Below are positions 11,821 to 21,486 of a DNA stretch of 64,000 bases, piece after piece. The stretch spans positions 704,001 through 768,000 of the forward strand of contig CBDCYI010000009.1 of assembly GCA_965224085.1 (NCBI GenBank), given 5' to 3'. The notes under the pieces were generated by a model. It was not told the origin of the DNA and made no database searches. It saw nothing but the letters and a program-made list of their open reading frames with translations. Position numbers and translations under genes: made by a program. The DNA comes from Candidatus Marinacidobacterales bacterium (GTDB lineage: Bacteria > Acidobacteriota > Vicinamibacteria > Marinacidobacterales > SMYC01). Numbering within the stretch: the first letter of the stretch is position 1; the number at the start of each line of letters is the position of its first letter.

Positions 11821-13937
11821 CGCATGCTCGTCGTTTCCGTTTCCGAATCTTCCTTGGGAAGCAGCCGGACTGCCCAAAACCCACTGTAGAGGTCGGTGAA
11901 GAAGATGGTGCCCTTGTGCGGTTGCGGTCCCCAAGCGAAAGGCGCGTTCGGTATGAACCCCTTGGAGTCGTCGGAGTAGAACTTGGCGATCTCACGCCCT
12001 TGCCGATAGAGATCGCCCATCAGCTCTCCGGAGATGTCGACGACGCGAAGGCCGGCGTCGAAGTGGGCGACGTACAGGATCTCCTCTTCCCAGTCGATCC
12101 AGTAGTTATGTGGACCCGATTCGGGGACTTGATAGCGGGCCACCTCCCGCGGGTTCTTCGGGTCGTCGAACTCCACGAAGTGAATCCAGCCCTTCGCATA
12201 CGAGGGAATACGTTCCTGCCAGCTAATGCCAACGCCGGGCGCCAGAGGGTTGTCCCAGAAGGCTTCGTCGCCGCCGACGATATAGAACTTGCCGGCGGAC
12301 TTGCTCTGGAACGGCCACACCGAGTGATTCCATCCGGTGAGCTGTCCCAGGCGGCCCATCTCCACCGGGTTCGTCGGAGAGCCGCCCTTGCCCCCGCCGC
12401 CGACGTCGATCATGATCAGGCCGTCGGTCCGCCCCGCCTGGTAAACGATACCGTCGCGCACCCAGACGTCGTGGATGGCGTGACCCGGCGTCGTGGACTC
12501 GAAACGAGAGACCCGCTGGGGCTTGGTGGGGTCTTCGACGTTAATGACATCCCAGCGACGCCCGTTGTTGACCGCGTAAACGTGTTTGTCGTGAACGAAC
12601 ACGTTGTGCACGCCTCCTGTCAACTGCTCGTCGAACTGAGAGAGAATGCGCACGTTTCGAGGATCGCTCACGTCCAGAACCACGATGCCGTTGCGCCGGT
12701 TCGAAGCCCCCTCGCGGCTGATGACGCAGATGCGTCCGTCCTCGGAGACCTTTACGTCGTTGACGGTCCGGGCGTCGACTTGGATGATATCGATGCGCTG
12801 CATGTTGGAGGGGTCGGTGACGTCGTAGAAATACGCGTGACCCTCCGCGTTCCAAGTGCCGTGAACTGCGTAATCTCGGCCGTCGACCCCCTCCCAGACC
12901 CAGAGATCCGAGGTCACCCGGTCCCCGACGGGCGCATGGCCGACCAGCTCGATCTTTCGCTGAACGTCGCGCGGGGTGATCCGAACGCTCCGTCGGGCTA
13001 AGTGCGGGCCCGACATCGCGATCACGGTGTAGATTCCCGGCTGCTCGGCCACGAAGCGACCGTCGTCGGCCACTTGTGCCGGTGCTCCAGCACCGACGGT
13101 TTCGGCGCGATTGGGGTCCGGCCGGGCCCGCAAGGTGTAAGTGACCGGAGCGTCGGCGACCGGCCGTCCCCTCTCGTCCTTCGCGGTCGTCTCGAAGTGG
13201 ATCACGTCCCCGGTGCGTCCTTCCTCGCGGGAGGCCTCGAGCTCGAGTGAGCGAACCGGATTCTCTCGTACCGTCAGCTCGAAGTTGGCCGTGACCCGTT
13301 CCGCTCGGGCTTCGAGCTTCACTTTCCCGGGTCTCAAGGCGGTAACCTCGCCCACGCCGGCCCGGGCGACGCTGGTGTCGCTGACGCTCAAAACGGATTC
13401 AATGTCCCCGCGGGTGGTCCCGCTCACATCGGTTGCACTCACCTCGACCGGCACCGTGGTTCCGGCATAGAGCGTCGCGGGCAGATCGACGAAATCCAGC
13501 CGGGCCAAAGGTGGCACCGGGACCTTCACTTTGATCGTGGTCCGAATCCCGCTATCGCGTCGACTGTAGCTATCGGGCTCTCCCTCGAAGGGCTCGGTCG
13601 GGGAGAGGGCGGTGAGCTCGTGCTCGCCGGGCCGATAGGCTTCCACCATGCCGGAGGGAGTCACTCCCACTGACGAGCGCGATCCGGAGAAAAAGACCAC
13701 CTGGGCTCCGGGCACGACGTTGCCTTGGGCGTCCTTCACGACCGCTCGAAGCTGTAACTTCTCGCCCACCTCGAGCTCCAACTCTGGCGGGTCGACCTCG
13801 ATGGTCGCCGGCTCTCTCTCCTGAAGGCTGGTTGGTGACGCGGCCGTTGCTTCTGCTGGGCCGAGAGCCAAGGCCAGACAAAGGAGCCCAGGGATGAACG
13901 CTAGCCGGATCATCGGCCTCCGAAACACTTCTTGCAT
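11817..13937 (-). CDS. Secreted Ig-like + LVIVD-repeat beta-propeller protein, paralog B
   Basis: GGAGGA RBS 7 nt before ATG 13937; signal peptide; same architecture and long identical stretches with paralog A (VTSDLWVWEGVDGRDYAVHGTWNA). Confidence 0.85.
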   Translation of the reverse strand: MQEVFRRPMIRLAFIPGLLCLALALGPAEATAASPTSLQEREPATIEVDPPELELEVGEKLQLRAVVKDAQGNVVPGAQVVFFSGSRSSVGVTPSGMVEAYRPGEHELTALSPTEPFEGEPDSYSRRDSGIRTTIKVKVPVPPLARLDFVDLPATLYAGTTVPVEVSATDVSGTTRGDIESVLSVSDTSVARAGVGEVTALRPGKVKLEARAERVTANFELTVRENPVRSLELEASREEGRTGDVIHFETTAKDERGRPVADAPVTYTLRARPDPNRAETVGAGAPAQVADDGRFVAEQPGIYTVIAMSGPHLARRSVRITPRDVQRKIELVGHAPVGDRVTSDLWVWEGVDGRDYAVHGTWNAEGHAYFYDVTDPSNMQRIDIIQVDARTVNDVKVSEDGRICVISREGASNRRNGIVVLDVSDPRNVRILSQFDEQLTGGVHNVFVHDKHVYAVNNGRRWDVINVEDPTKPQRVSRFESTTPGHAIHDVWVRDGIVYQAGRTDGLIMIDVGGGGKGGSPTNPVEMGRLGQLTGWNHSVWPFQSKSAGKFYIVGGDEAFWDNPLAPGVGISWQERIPSYAKGWIHFVEFDDPKNPREVARYQVPESGPHNYWIDWEEEILYVAHFDAGLRVVDISGELMGDLYRQGREIAKFYSDDSKGFIPNAPFAWGPQPHKGTIFFTDLYSGFWAVRLLPKEDSETETTSMR

Positions 13938-14046
13938 GACTGATTCCTCCAGGTCCCGTTCTTGCCGTGTCGATGTTCCCTGAACGAAGAAGGACCTAAA
14001 CAGATGTGAAAGTTTCATAAAATCACCGCCCGATCCACGCGCCCCG

Positions 14047-14075
14047 TGTTAACACGCGGTCGGTTCGAGTGTCAA
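14047..14075 (-). promoter_or_regulatory. Putative sigma70 promoter of the LVIVD operon
   Basis: Minus strand TTGACA-17 nt-TTAACA; the -10 lies within palindrome CGTGTTAACACG. Confidence 0.4.
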
Positions 14076-14222
14076 GCCGGCAAGGTAATAGGGTAATACG
14101 GCGGCGTCTGAGAACGGCCTGATGGAGTCCGGAGGGATGCGCTTCCTGTCGCCCGCCGAGCCCTCGTCGTCTTTTCTTGCGCGCTCGGTGCGGACGACCT
14201 GTTCGGCGAACGCCGTCGGCTC

Positions 14223-14465
14223 TCACTCCCCGAAGCAGTAAAGTGTGGATAGTTTCCGGATATAGATGCGCCCGTCGGCGATGGCGGGTGTGGCTTAGCT
14301 GTCCTCTCCGAGATCGTTGACCGCAAGGACTCTCAGGCTGCCATCCGGGCTCAGCACGGCCACCTTGCTGGTCTCGCTCACCATGAAAATCTTCCTATCC
14401 GCCGCAACCGGCGAGGCGAAGTACTTGTCGATGGCCCCTCGAAGCCGTCCTTGTTCGATGAGCGC
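14223..14465 (-). pseudogene. C-terminal stub of a PQQ-like (BamB-type) beta-propeller protein
   Basis: GRLRGAIDKYFASPVAADRKIFMVSE...NDLGEDS*ATPAIADGRIYIR..LYCFGE; internal TAA and no 5' part. Confidence 0.7.
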
Positions 14466-14479
14466 TTCCCGTCAAGGAT

Positions 14480-14935
14480 CGAGCGAAGTCACGATCCACC
14501 GTGTCGAAGGCGACGTGCGCTCCCGGCTGACTTCTGGGTTCCCGAACCCGTTGATGTAGCGGTTGCCGCCGATATCCCTGATCTCGCATCCGCAAAATGG
14601 CGGTTGGCCGCGATGCTCATTCAGACGGGAGAGGACGCGCGGGCGCTCGAGCTCCTTGCCCCCTCGAGAAAGACTTTCCGAACCAGTTCGAGGTTCTCGC
14701 CGGCCTCGGGGTCGTTTACTACTTCAGGGGTGATCTGGCCCGCACCGTGGATTACTTGGAACGCGCCATCGCGGTCCGCCCTCCCAACGACGGCTTGCTC
14801 ATTTCGCTCGCTGACAGCCACGAGCGACTGGGGAATTCGGAAAAGGCCCGGCAGTACTTCGAGCGCTCGCTCGAATTGAATCCCGACCATCCTGGGATAC
14901 GCGAACGGTTGACGGGTCTGAAAGAGGACGATTGA
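14480..14935 (+). pseudogene. C-terminal stub of a TPR-repeat protein
   Basis: LAGLGVVYYFRGDLARTVDYLERA, LADSHERLGNSEKARQYFERSLELNP; frameshift near 14660, upstream in-frame stop, 5' end missing. Confidence 0.7.
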
Positions 14936-14984
14936 CCTGCCCCTAACCAGAGCTGCCCCGCGGGTTGGTGTAAAGAAGGGCGTA

Positions 14985-15337
14985 GCTCGAGTTCGACGAT
15001 TTGAACGAGCCCAAGGAAATCGCCCGCTACCGCGTTCCGAGGCGGGCCCCCACAACCTATGATAGATTGGGAACAAGAGATTATGTACTTCGCCTACTTC
15101 AACGGCGGGCTTCGAATCGTGGACGTCTCGGGCGAGTTCGTGGGTGACCTGTATCGCCAAGGCCGCGAGATAGCGAAATTCTATTCGGATGACACGGCCG
15201 GATACGTCCCCAACTCGCCTTTCGTCTGGGGGCCTCAGCCGCACAAAGGCGTCATTTTCTTTTCGGATTTCCACAGCGGGCTCTGGGCCGTACGGTTCGC
15301 GGACAGCGGAGACCGATCGTCGGGGAGCATGCCATGA
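14985..15337 (+). pseudogene. C-terminal fragment of a third LVIVD-repeat paralog
   Basis: EFDDLNEPKEIARYRVP/EAGPHN/IDWEQEIMYFAYFNGGLRIVDVSGE..GDLYRQGREIA; two frameshifts near 15040-15062; stop overlaps the next ATG. Confidence 0.8.
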
Positions 15338-16380
15338 GGCATCTACTAGCTTTCCTTTTCCTCGCAGCCCCGTCCTATGCGGGCGACCCTGTGACGGCCA
15401 ACTACTACGCCTACGTCGCGGCCGAATCGGACGATACCGTGGACCTCATCAAGTTCGGACCGGCGGGTGGCGAGCTCGTGAAACGTATCCCTGTCGGGAT
15501 TCTCCCGAACGAGATCGAAGGCCCTCACGGCATCAAAGTCGCGCCCGGGGGCCGCTATTGGTTCGTCTCGATCGCGCACGGCATGCCGTATGGCTACGTC
15601 TTCAAATATGAAGCGGGCGTCGACGTCGCCGTCGCAGACACCCAGGCCGGGCTTTTCCCCGCGACGATGGACATCAGCCCAACGACAGGCTTTCTGTTCG
15701 TCGTCAACTTCAATCTCCATGGCGATCACGAGCCCAGCAACGTTTCGGTCATCGATACGATCTCGATGACTGAAATCGCGCAAATTGAACAAGGCATCAT
15801 GCCTCACGGATCGCGGGTGAGCCCCGATGGCCGATTCGCCTACTCGGTAGCGATGATGTCGAACGAGCTATTCGAGATCGACGCGATGACGCTCGACGTG
15901 AGCCGGAGACTGAAGCTCACCCTCGACGACGGCAGTGCAACGGTCAAGCCGACTTGGGTGCAGCCCCATCCGACGAAGCCTTTGGCCTATGTCACGTTCA
16001 ACGGCGCGAGCCAAGTCGTCGAAGTCGATTTGAAGCGCTGGAGAATCGGCCGGCGCTTCCACACGAATGCTGGCCCCTACAATCTCGCGGTCAGCCCGGA
16101 CGGGAAGACGCTCGTCGTCACGGAGAAGTCCAATCACTCCACGGCGTTTTGGGATCTCGACTCAGGCAAGGAGCGCAAGAGCATTCCCTGCACCAACAAG
16201 ATCACTCACGGCGTGACCATAACACCCGACAGCCGCTTCGCCTTCGTGACCGTCGAAGGCGTGGGCGGCGACCCAGGACTCGTGGAAGTCTACGACCTCC
16301 AAGACCTCGAGCGGCGTGCCGTGATCGAAGTGGGAAAGCAGGCTTCCGGAATCGATTTCTGGAAGATGGAGGAGCCTTGA
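15334..16380 (+). CDS. Secreted YncE/YVTN-type beta-propeller protein
   Basis: Signal peptide; repeats EGPHGIKVAPGGR, MPHGSRVSPDGR, PYNLAVSPDGK, ITHGVTITPDSR. Confidence 0.85.
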   Translation: MRHLLAFLFLAAPSYAGDPVTANYYAYVAAESDDTVDLIKFGPAGGELVKRIPVGILPNEIEGPHGIKVAPGGRYWFVSIAHGMPYGYVFKYEAGVDVAVADTQAGLFPATMDISPTTGFLFVVNFNLHGDHEPSNVSVIDTISMTEIAQIEQGIMPHGSRVSPDGRFAYSVAMMSNELFEIDAMTLDVSRRLKLTLDDGSATVKPTWVQPHPTKPLAYVTFNGASQVVEVDLKRWRIGRRFHTNAGPYNLAVSPDGKTLVVTEKSNHSTAFWDLDSGKERKSIPCTNKITHGVTITPDSRFAFVTVEGVGGDPGLVEVYDLQDLERRAVIEVGKQASGIDFWKMEEP

Positions 16381-16382
16381 AC

Positions 16383-16810
16383 GGAAACCGATGTAGTCGC
16401 CTTCGAGGGAGAGGTACCGTTGTAGTGTCGCTCTCGAGCGCGCCCAGCGGTTGCGTACCGTGTTGGAGTATTGCGGCCCCAGGATGACGGGATATTTCTT
16501 TCCCGGCTCCAGCCCGGGCGGTACCACAACGCGGCCGTGCCGCGTGTAGTCGTCGATACGGCTTTCGAAGGTGACGTAGCGAGGCTCGCCGATATTCGTA
16601 GAACGCGTCCGGTGGAGAGTGCGTGATGCGCCGCTTCTGGTTTGCTCCTTCGGTCTCCAAAAGATAGAGCTCGGTGGGCGACGTATCGCTGGAATGGAGC
16701 ACCGCCAGCTTCGTGCCGTCGGGAGAGAGGAACGGCTCGTGCAGTCCGTCCATCGTCGTGATCCGCTCGGGCGAGCCTCGCGCTTCCGGCATCCGACCGG
16801 CATCCTTCCA
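16383..16810 (-). pseudogene. Internal fragment of an S9 (prolyl oligopeptidase/DPP IV) peptidase
   Basis: LSPDGTKLAVLHSSDTSPTELY, YVTFESRID, PPGLEPGKKYPVILGP.YSNTVRNRW; frameshift, both ends missing. Confidence 0.65.
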
Positions 16811-16847
16811 GTGAAGGTACAATCGCTGCTCCAGACTGGAGGCCATC

Positions 16848-18004
16848 ATGAAGCTCAGGTATTTCATCGAACCCTTCGCCGTCACCCTTGTCCTTGGCGG
16901 GTGCTTGCTCGTCACCGCGAACGTCGAGGCGCAAGAGACGACAACGTCGGCAGAGTACGACTACACCCGAGAAGCGGAACTGGCGTCGCGGCTCGATCTA
17001 GACAACCCGGACCCGGACGAGATTCGGCGCATCTTCGCTCGTCGGCGGGCGCGCGTGCTCCACGCCATTCCCGACGGAGCGATGCTCGTGTTCTCCGCCG
17101 AACGATCCCAGCCGAGGCGGCTCGAGTTTCAGGTGCCCCACAGCGAGAATCACGACTTCATCTTCCTGACTGACGTCGAAGGACTCGACAGCTACGACTC
17201 GGCGATTCTCCTCGTTCCCACCGAGGAGAAGGATTGGGTGGTTCTGTACACGTCGGCCGATGTCGAAGCCATGCGGTCGGTCACGGGCATCGAGGATGTT
17301 CGCCCTTTTCCGGAACTCGAAGAAGACCTCTCGGTGGCGCTCACCGACTACCGCGACTGGCGCATCACCCAGATCCGCCGGTGGCCGCTTCCCGCCGCGC
17401 TCTCGAAAACCTGGGGTCGTGACGACAAGGTCCTCTATCTCAACTATCCGCGCTTCCTGCGATTGGGGATGCCGGAGCCCCCACGGCTCGCGTACTTCGA
17501 GAGGCTGAAGCGGTTCTCGCCCGAGCTCGACATTCGCGATTCGGGCGACATCCTGGACGCGGTCCGGATGCTCCACGACGCCTACGGCCTCGCTTCGCTC
17601 CGGCGCGCGGTGGCGATCACCGGGGAAGGGATCGTCGAGGGTTTGCGGGCGGTGCGCCCCGGCCTTACCGAAAAGCACATCATGGAGATCATGGACTTCG
17701 TCTACCGGTATCGGGGAGGGATCCTGGGTTTTCCGACCGCGGTCCGAAAAATGCCGATGGCCGGTCCGATGCACCGCCGGATGGTTCCCGAGGGCTTCAT
17801 CCAGTTCGTTCCCCGCTCGGGAGGAAGAGTCTTCGAGGCAAGCGATATGGTCCACGTGGACACCGGGGCCGCCTTCAATCACCACTCGGCGGATCTCCAG
17901 CGGAACGTTCCGGTGGACGGAAAGTTCTCACCTGAGCAAAGGAGGATCTACCAGATCGCCCTCGACGTTCAGAAAACGGTGATCGCACGGATCAAGCCGG
18001 GTGT
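16848..18004 (+). CDS. Secreted aminopeptidase P (M24B) family protein, truncated at the 3' end
   Basis: AMP_N-like RRARVL..IPDGAML, DFIFLT; M24 VHVDTGA....SADLQR..P.DGKFS.EQ; homology stops at RIKPGV. Confidence 0.8.
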
Positions 18005-18160
18005 TTTCTCTTCCGTCAGGCCGGCGGCGATGCGCACGCGCTCGCGTAGCCGGTCGACTTCGTGAATTTCATCGTGGACGGCACGAGCGATCTTCAGATG
18101 AAAGCTGTTCGAGCCGAGGTCGACGGCCGCGAAGGTGTCGGCGAAGTTGTTGTCAGTCAT
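18005..18160 (-). pseudogene. ppx: N-terminal fragment of Ppx/GppA exopolyphosphatase
   Basis: FAAVDLGSNSFHLKIA...DRLRERVRIAAGL; breaks at about 18005. Confidence 0.85.
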
Positions 18161-18176
18161 GTCGTATGATGCGCCT

Positions 18177-18926
18177 ATGGCCACTTACGTCGTCGGCGAC
18201 GTACAAGGTTGTTTTATCACGCTCGAGCGGCTTCTTGCGCGTATCGATTTCGACGCGTCTCAGGATCGCTTGTGGTTTGTCGGCGACCTCGTGAATCGCG
18301 GGCCGAGCTCGCTCGAAGTGCTGCGCTTCGTTCGTGCGCTCGGCGCGAGTGCTATCACCGTTCTCGGCAATCACGACCTCCATCTCATCGAGCGCCACCG
18401 TGGGAGTCGAGCGCCGAGACGACATGATACGTTCGACGACGTTCTCGAAGCGGCCGATGGCGACGCGCTCATAGACTGGCTCGTCGAGAAGCCCTTGCTT
18501 CACCGCAACGGTGACGCGGTCATGGTGCATGCGGGCATCTTGCCCACGTGGAGCCTGGCCGAGGCCGAGAGGCTCGCGAAAAAGGCGAGCGCTGCGCTCC
18601 GGGATGGAGGGGTCGATGGAAAGCTTCGCACGGCGCTCGACGGGCTGACGCGACTACGCACGTGCTCGAAGGATGGAGAGATGTGTCTCGACTATGCCGG
18701 TCCGCCACGCGGCGCTCCCAAAGGTTGCCGGCCCTGGTTCGAGATGGCAAGCCTCCCCGACGGCGTGATGGTCTATTTCGGACATTGGGCGAGCCTCGGG
18801 CTGTACCTGGGCACCAACGCCATCGGGCTCGATACCGGCTGTGTCTGGGGACGAAGTCTGACGGCGATGCGCCTCGAGGATCGCGAGGTCTTTCAAGAAC
18901 CTAGCGAGATCGGCGCGGGCCGGTAG
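18177..18926 (+). CDS. apaH: Symmetrical bis(5'-nucleosyl)-tetraphosphatase
   Basis: MATYVVGDVQGC, VGDLVNRGP.SLEVL, VLGNHDLHL, VHAGILP.W, FGHWASLG, LDTGCVWG..LTA. Confidence 0.95.
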   Translation: MATYVVGDVQGCFITLERLLARIDFDASQDRLWFVGDLVNRGPSSLEVLRFVRALGASAITVLGNHDLHLIERHRGSRAPRRHDTFDDVLEAADGDALIDWLVEKPLLHRNGDAVMVHAGILPTWSLAEAERLAKKASAALRDGGVDGKLRTALDGLTRLRTCSKDGEMCLDYAGPPRGAPKGCRPWFEMASLPDGVMVYFGHWASLGLYLGTNAIGLDTGCVWGRSLTAMRLEDREVFQEPSEIGAGR

Positions 18927-20337
18927 CCCGGGCGAGCGCTTCGGGCTCGTACTTCTTGACGCCAGTGATTTCACGCAGAAGCTCCGTTCGGACCCACTCC
19001 GGGATAGTAAGCTCCGCGGCCGCCTCGACCGTTGCAAGCACGAGATCTTGTGACGGGATGGCGATGATGGTCCAGACGCGTCCGTTGTCCTCGAGCTCGT
19101 GACGGCGGCATTCGAGCTGCCGCCCTTCGGTGAGAGCCCAAAGTTTCTCGAAAGCCGGGCGTGTGAGTCTCTCTTCGATAGCACCCGCGCCGTTCGATTC
19201 GACGCGGCGGGAATATCGAACCCGCCGGCCCATGCGTACGGCGCGCACGCGCTCGCGGATGGTACTGCCCGGAATCCATCCTTCGCGGATCCCTTCGCCG
19301 CTTTTCTTGCCCAGGCCCGCCGGTAGGTTTGCGAGCAGAAAGCAGCGCTTTGCGAGCTCGCGCGCCGGCCATATCCTCAGAAGTCCGACGAAGCGGGAGA
19401 TGCGCTCGAAATAGGATGCGCCGAGAGGGCCGATCCACCGGCGCTCGAGATCGTCGAAACAACGATCTCGGCGCTCGCGCTGTCGCCTTAAGAGTGTGAG
19501 GAGGCCCGTATTTTGCGAAGGGTAGGCTGCGGGCAGCTCTTCGGCTCGTAGCGCGAGGTCCCGGAGCTTTCTAGCTTCCTCGAGCGCCGAGCTTTCGAGC
19601 GCTTCGGAGATCTCGGTCGTCAGGACGCGCGTATCTTGAAGCTCGCCGAGACAATCCTGGAGTGATTTCATCCCCTTGATGAGCGGACGCGCCTCGAGGA
19701 GCTCGTTTTGCAGAGGCTCCAGGATGTAGCGAAGTCGCTTGGTTTCGATGCGCGCGCGATGAAGAAGCTCGGCATCTTCCGCAGAGTGCGCGGCCGCGAG
19801 GCTCTTTTGGAGATCGTCGGCATGCACTGCGAGGATCTCGGCGGTGGCGGCGACGAAGGTGGTGTTGGTCTCTTCGGTCGGGAGCCTCATCCGCGTGAAA
19901 GCGTGTTTCAAGTCTTTGTCGAGCGCACGGAACGCGCGCCGAAGAACGGTGACGCTGGGTGTTGCTTGCTGTTTAGCGTCGAGCAGGGACAACAAGTGGC
20001 TGGCTCCGGCCCGCTCGGCCTCTCCGAGGCGCTCGCGCTCGCCCACAAGCCATTCGATCGCGACCTCTGCGTCGCGGGCGAGGTTCGTGGAAGAAGCCAG
20101 TGTTTTCACGCGCGCCCGGAGCCGATTTGCGCCGGAGCCTTTCAGCTGGCCGCGATAGGCGCGCATCAAGCTTCGCAGCCGACGAAGCGACACGCGGAAA
20201 TCGTGCAAGCCTTCTTTGTACTCGGGGTTCTCCATGCGCTCGAGCGCACGGGCCGCTTCGTTTTGGAGTCTCGAGCACAAGCGACGCACCGTTTCCTCTG
20301 GCGCGCGCTCCAGCAGATGTCGCGGAAGTCTAGCCAT
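18901..20337 (-). CDS. CHAD domain protein fused to a degenerate CYTH domain
   Basis: CHAD LHDFRVSLRRLRS, ARDAEV, LHRARIETKRLRY, LQDCLGELQD; CYTH-like IREGWI, RERVR, REITG..KY. Confidence 0.85.
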   Translation of the reverse strand: MARLPRHLLERAPEETVRRLCSRLQNEAARALERMENPEYKEGLHDFRVSLRRLRSLMRAYRGQLKGSGANRLRARVKTLASSTNLARDAEVAIEWLVGERERLGEAERAGASHLLSLLDAKQQATPSVTVLRRAFRALDKDLKHAFTRMRLPTEETNTTFVAATAEILAVHADDLQKSLAAAHSAEDAELLHRARIETKRLRYILEPLQNELLEARPLIKGMKSLQDCLGELQDTRVLTTEISEALESSALEEARKLRDLALRAEELPAAYPSQNTGLLTLLRRQRERRDRCFDDLERRWIGPLGASYFERISRFVGLLRIWPARELAKRCFLLANLPAGLGKKSGEGIREGWIPGSTIRERVRAVRMGRRVRYSRRVESNGAGAIEERLTRPAFEKLWALTEGRQLECRRHELEDNGRVWTIIAIPSQDLVLATVEAAAELTIPEWVRTELLREITGVKKYEPEALARATGPRRSR

Positions 20338-20512
20338 TGTGTTACGGTAATTGTAATTCGAACAACAACCTAGCGAAACCCCGCGGGACCAAAGGAGAGT
20401 GCACCTTATGGTAGCGCGTCGTTATCAATGGCTCCTGACTTCAGCTTCGAGACGCTGAAGGCTATCGTCGGCAAAATTGCTTCGCGGCTTTGAGGCGTCG
20501 GACCTTGCCCTG

Positions 20513-21385
20513 CTAGGGCCGGTCGGGCCAAGGCTCCTCTTTGACAGCGTCGAATGGCTCCGCCGAGAACGCGCGCCGCATCGCTTCGCGCGTGCCCATG
20601 TCGTAGGAGTCTCCAGGCCGAAGGAAGTAGAAACGGCCCTCACCGGCTAGCGTCCGCTGGTAGTCGTAGATGGCGACCACGCTTTGGCCGAGCACTTCGA
20701 AACGGTCCCCTCGAACGATGATCGCCGTGTCCTCGTCGAGACCGATGCCGAGCAATTGAGGATATTTCTCGATCAAAGGGATGAGGTCGAAGTGCCGGTT
20801 GCGGGCGAGCAGATGCTGGTCGATGGCGATGTTCTTGAGAAAGCTGAACCCTTCCTCATGGTCGCCCATCATGATGTTGTTGCTCTTCGTGTCCCCGCGC
20901 GCGAGATAGGAGCCCTGGATGGTTGCCCCTGCGGAGGAGCCGCCGATGACCCCGCCTCTTTCGAGCACTTTGTGAAGCTCGAGCTCGGTTCGTGTATCGA
21001 GATAGGCGTCCGCTAGGCGCCACTGCCGGCCGCCGGGAAACCACACCCCGCGCGCCTCCCGGATGGGCTCTACAAACGCGTCGCTATTGGCAACGTTGCG
21101 GTCCCGGGTATGGATGACGGTGACCTGTTGCACTCCGAACTTCCGCCAGCGCCGCGCGCCCGGGTAATATTGGTCGTAATGGTCCCCTGCGCCCGCGGTG
21201 GGGATGATGACGAGGGGAGCTTCCGGGCCCCCGGCGAGCTCGATGAATCGCTCCATGATCGCCGGATCTTTCATGGCGCCGCCCACGATAACGAGCGCCC
21301 CCTGGGACGGGCCCACCTCTTGGGCGGTGGCCAGGACGCAGCTGACAAGAAGTAGGCCAAGCGCCTGAAATAAGTTCTTACACAT
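20513..21385 (-). CDS. Cyanophycinase (peptidase S51) with signal peptide
   Basis: LVIVGGA, VIIPTA, WFPGGRQ, catalytic GGSSAGA, IDQH..ARNR, GIGLDEDTA. Confidence 0.9.
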   Translation of the reverse strand: MCKNLFQALGLLLVSCVLATAQEVGPSQGALVIVGGAMKDPAIMERFIELAGGPEAPLVIIPTAGAGDHYDQYYPGARRWRKFGVQQVTVIHTRDRNVANSDAFVEPIREARGVWFPGGRQWRLADAYLDTRTELELHKVLERGGVIGGSSAGATIQGSYLARGDTKSNNIMMGDHEEGFSFLKNIAIDQHLLARNRHFDLIPLIEKYPQLLGIGLDEDTAIIVRGDRFEVLGQSVVAIYDYQRTLAGEGRFYFLRPGDSYDMGTREAMRRAFSAEPFDAVKEEPWPDRP

Positions 21386-21486
21386 GATGTCGGTCCTTCC
21401 GATGGATATGAGTGTCTATCGAAGGCCAGGGAAACACGATTTAATCACAAGCGCGGGGTCCGACGCGAATTGTTATCATTCCACCA

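Noticed and set aside
9643-13001. Long plus-strand ORFs (9643-11058, 11670-13001) and similar antisense ORFs elsewhere
   Set aside because: They are antisense shadows of well-supported genes, expected in high-GC DNA, and carry no recognisable motifs.
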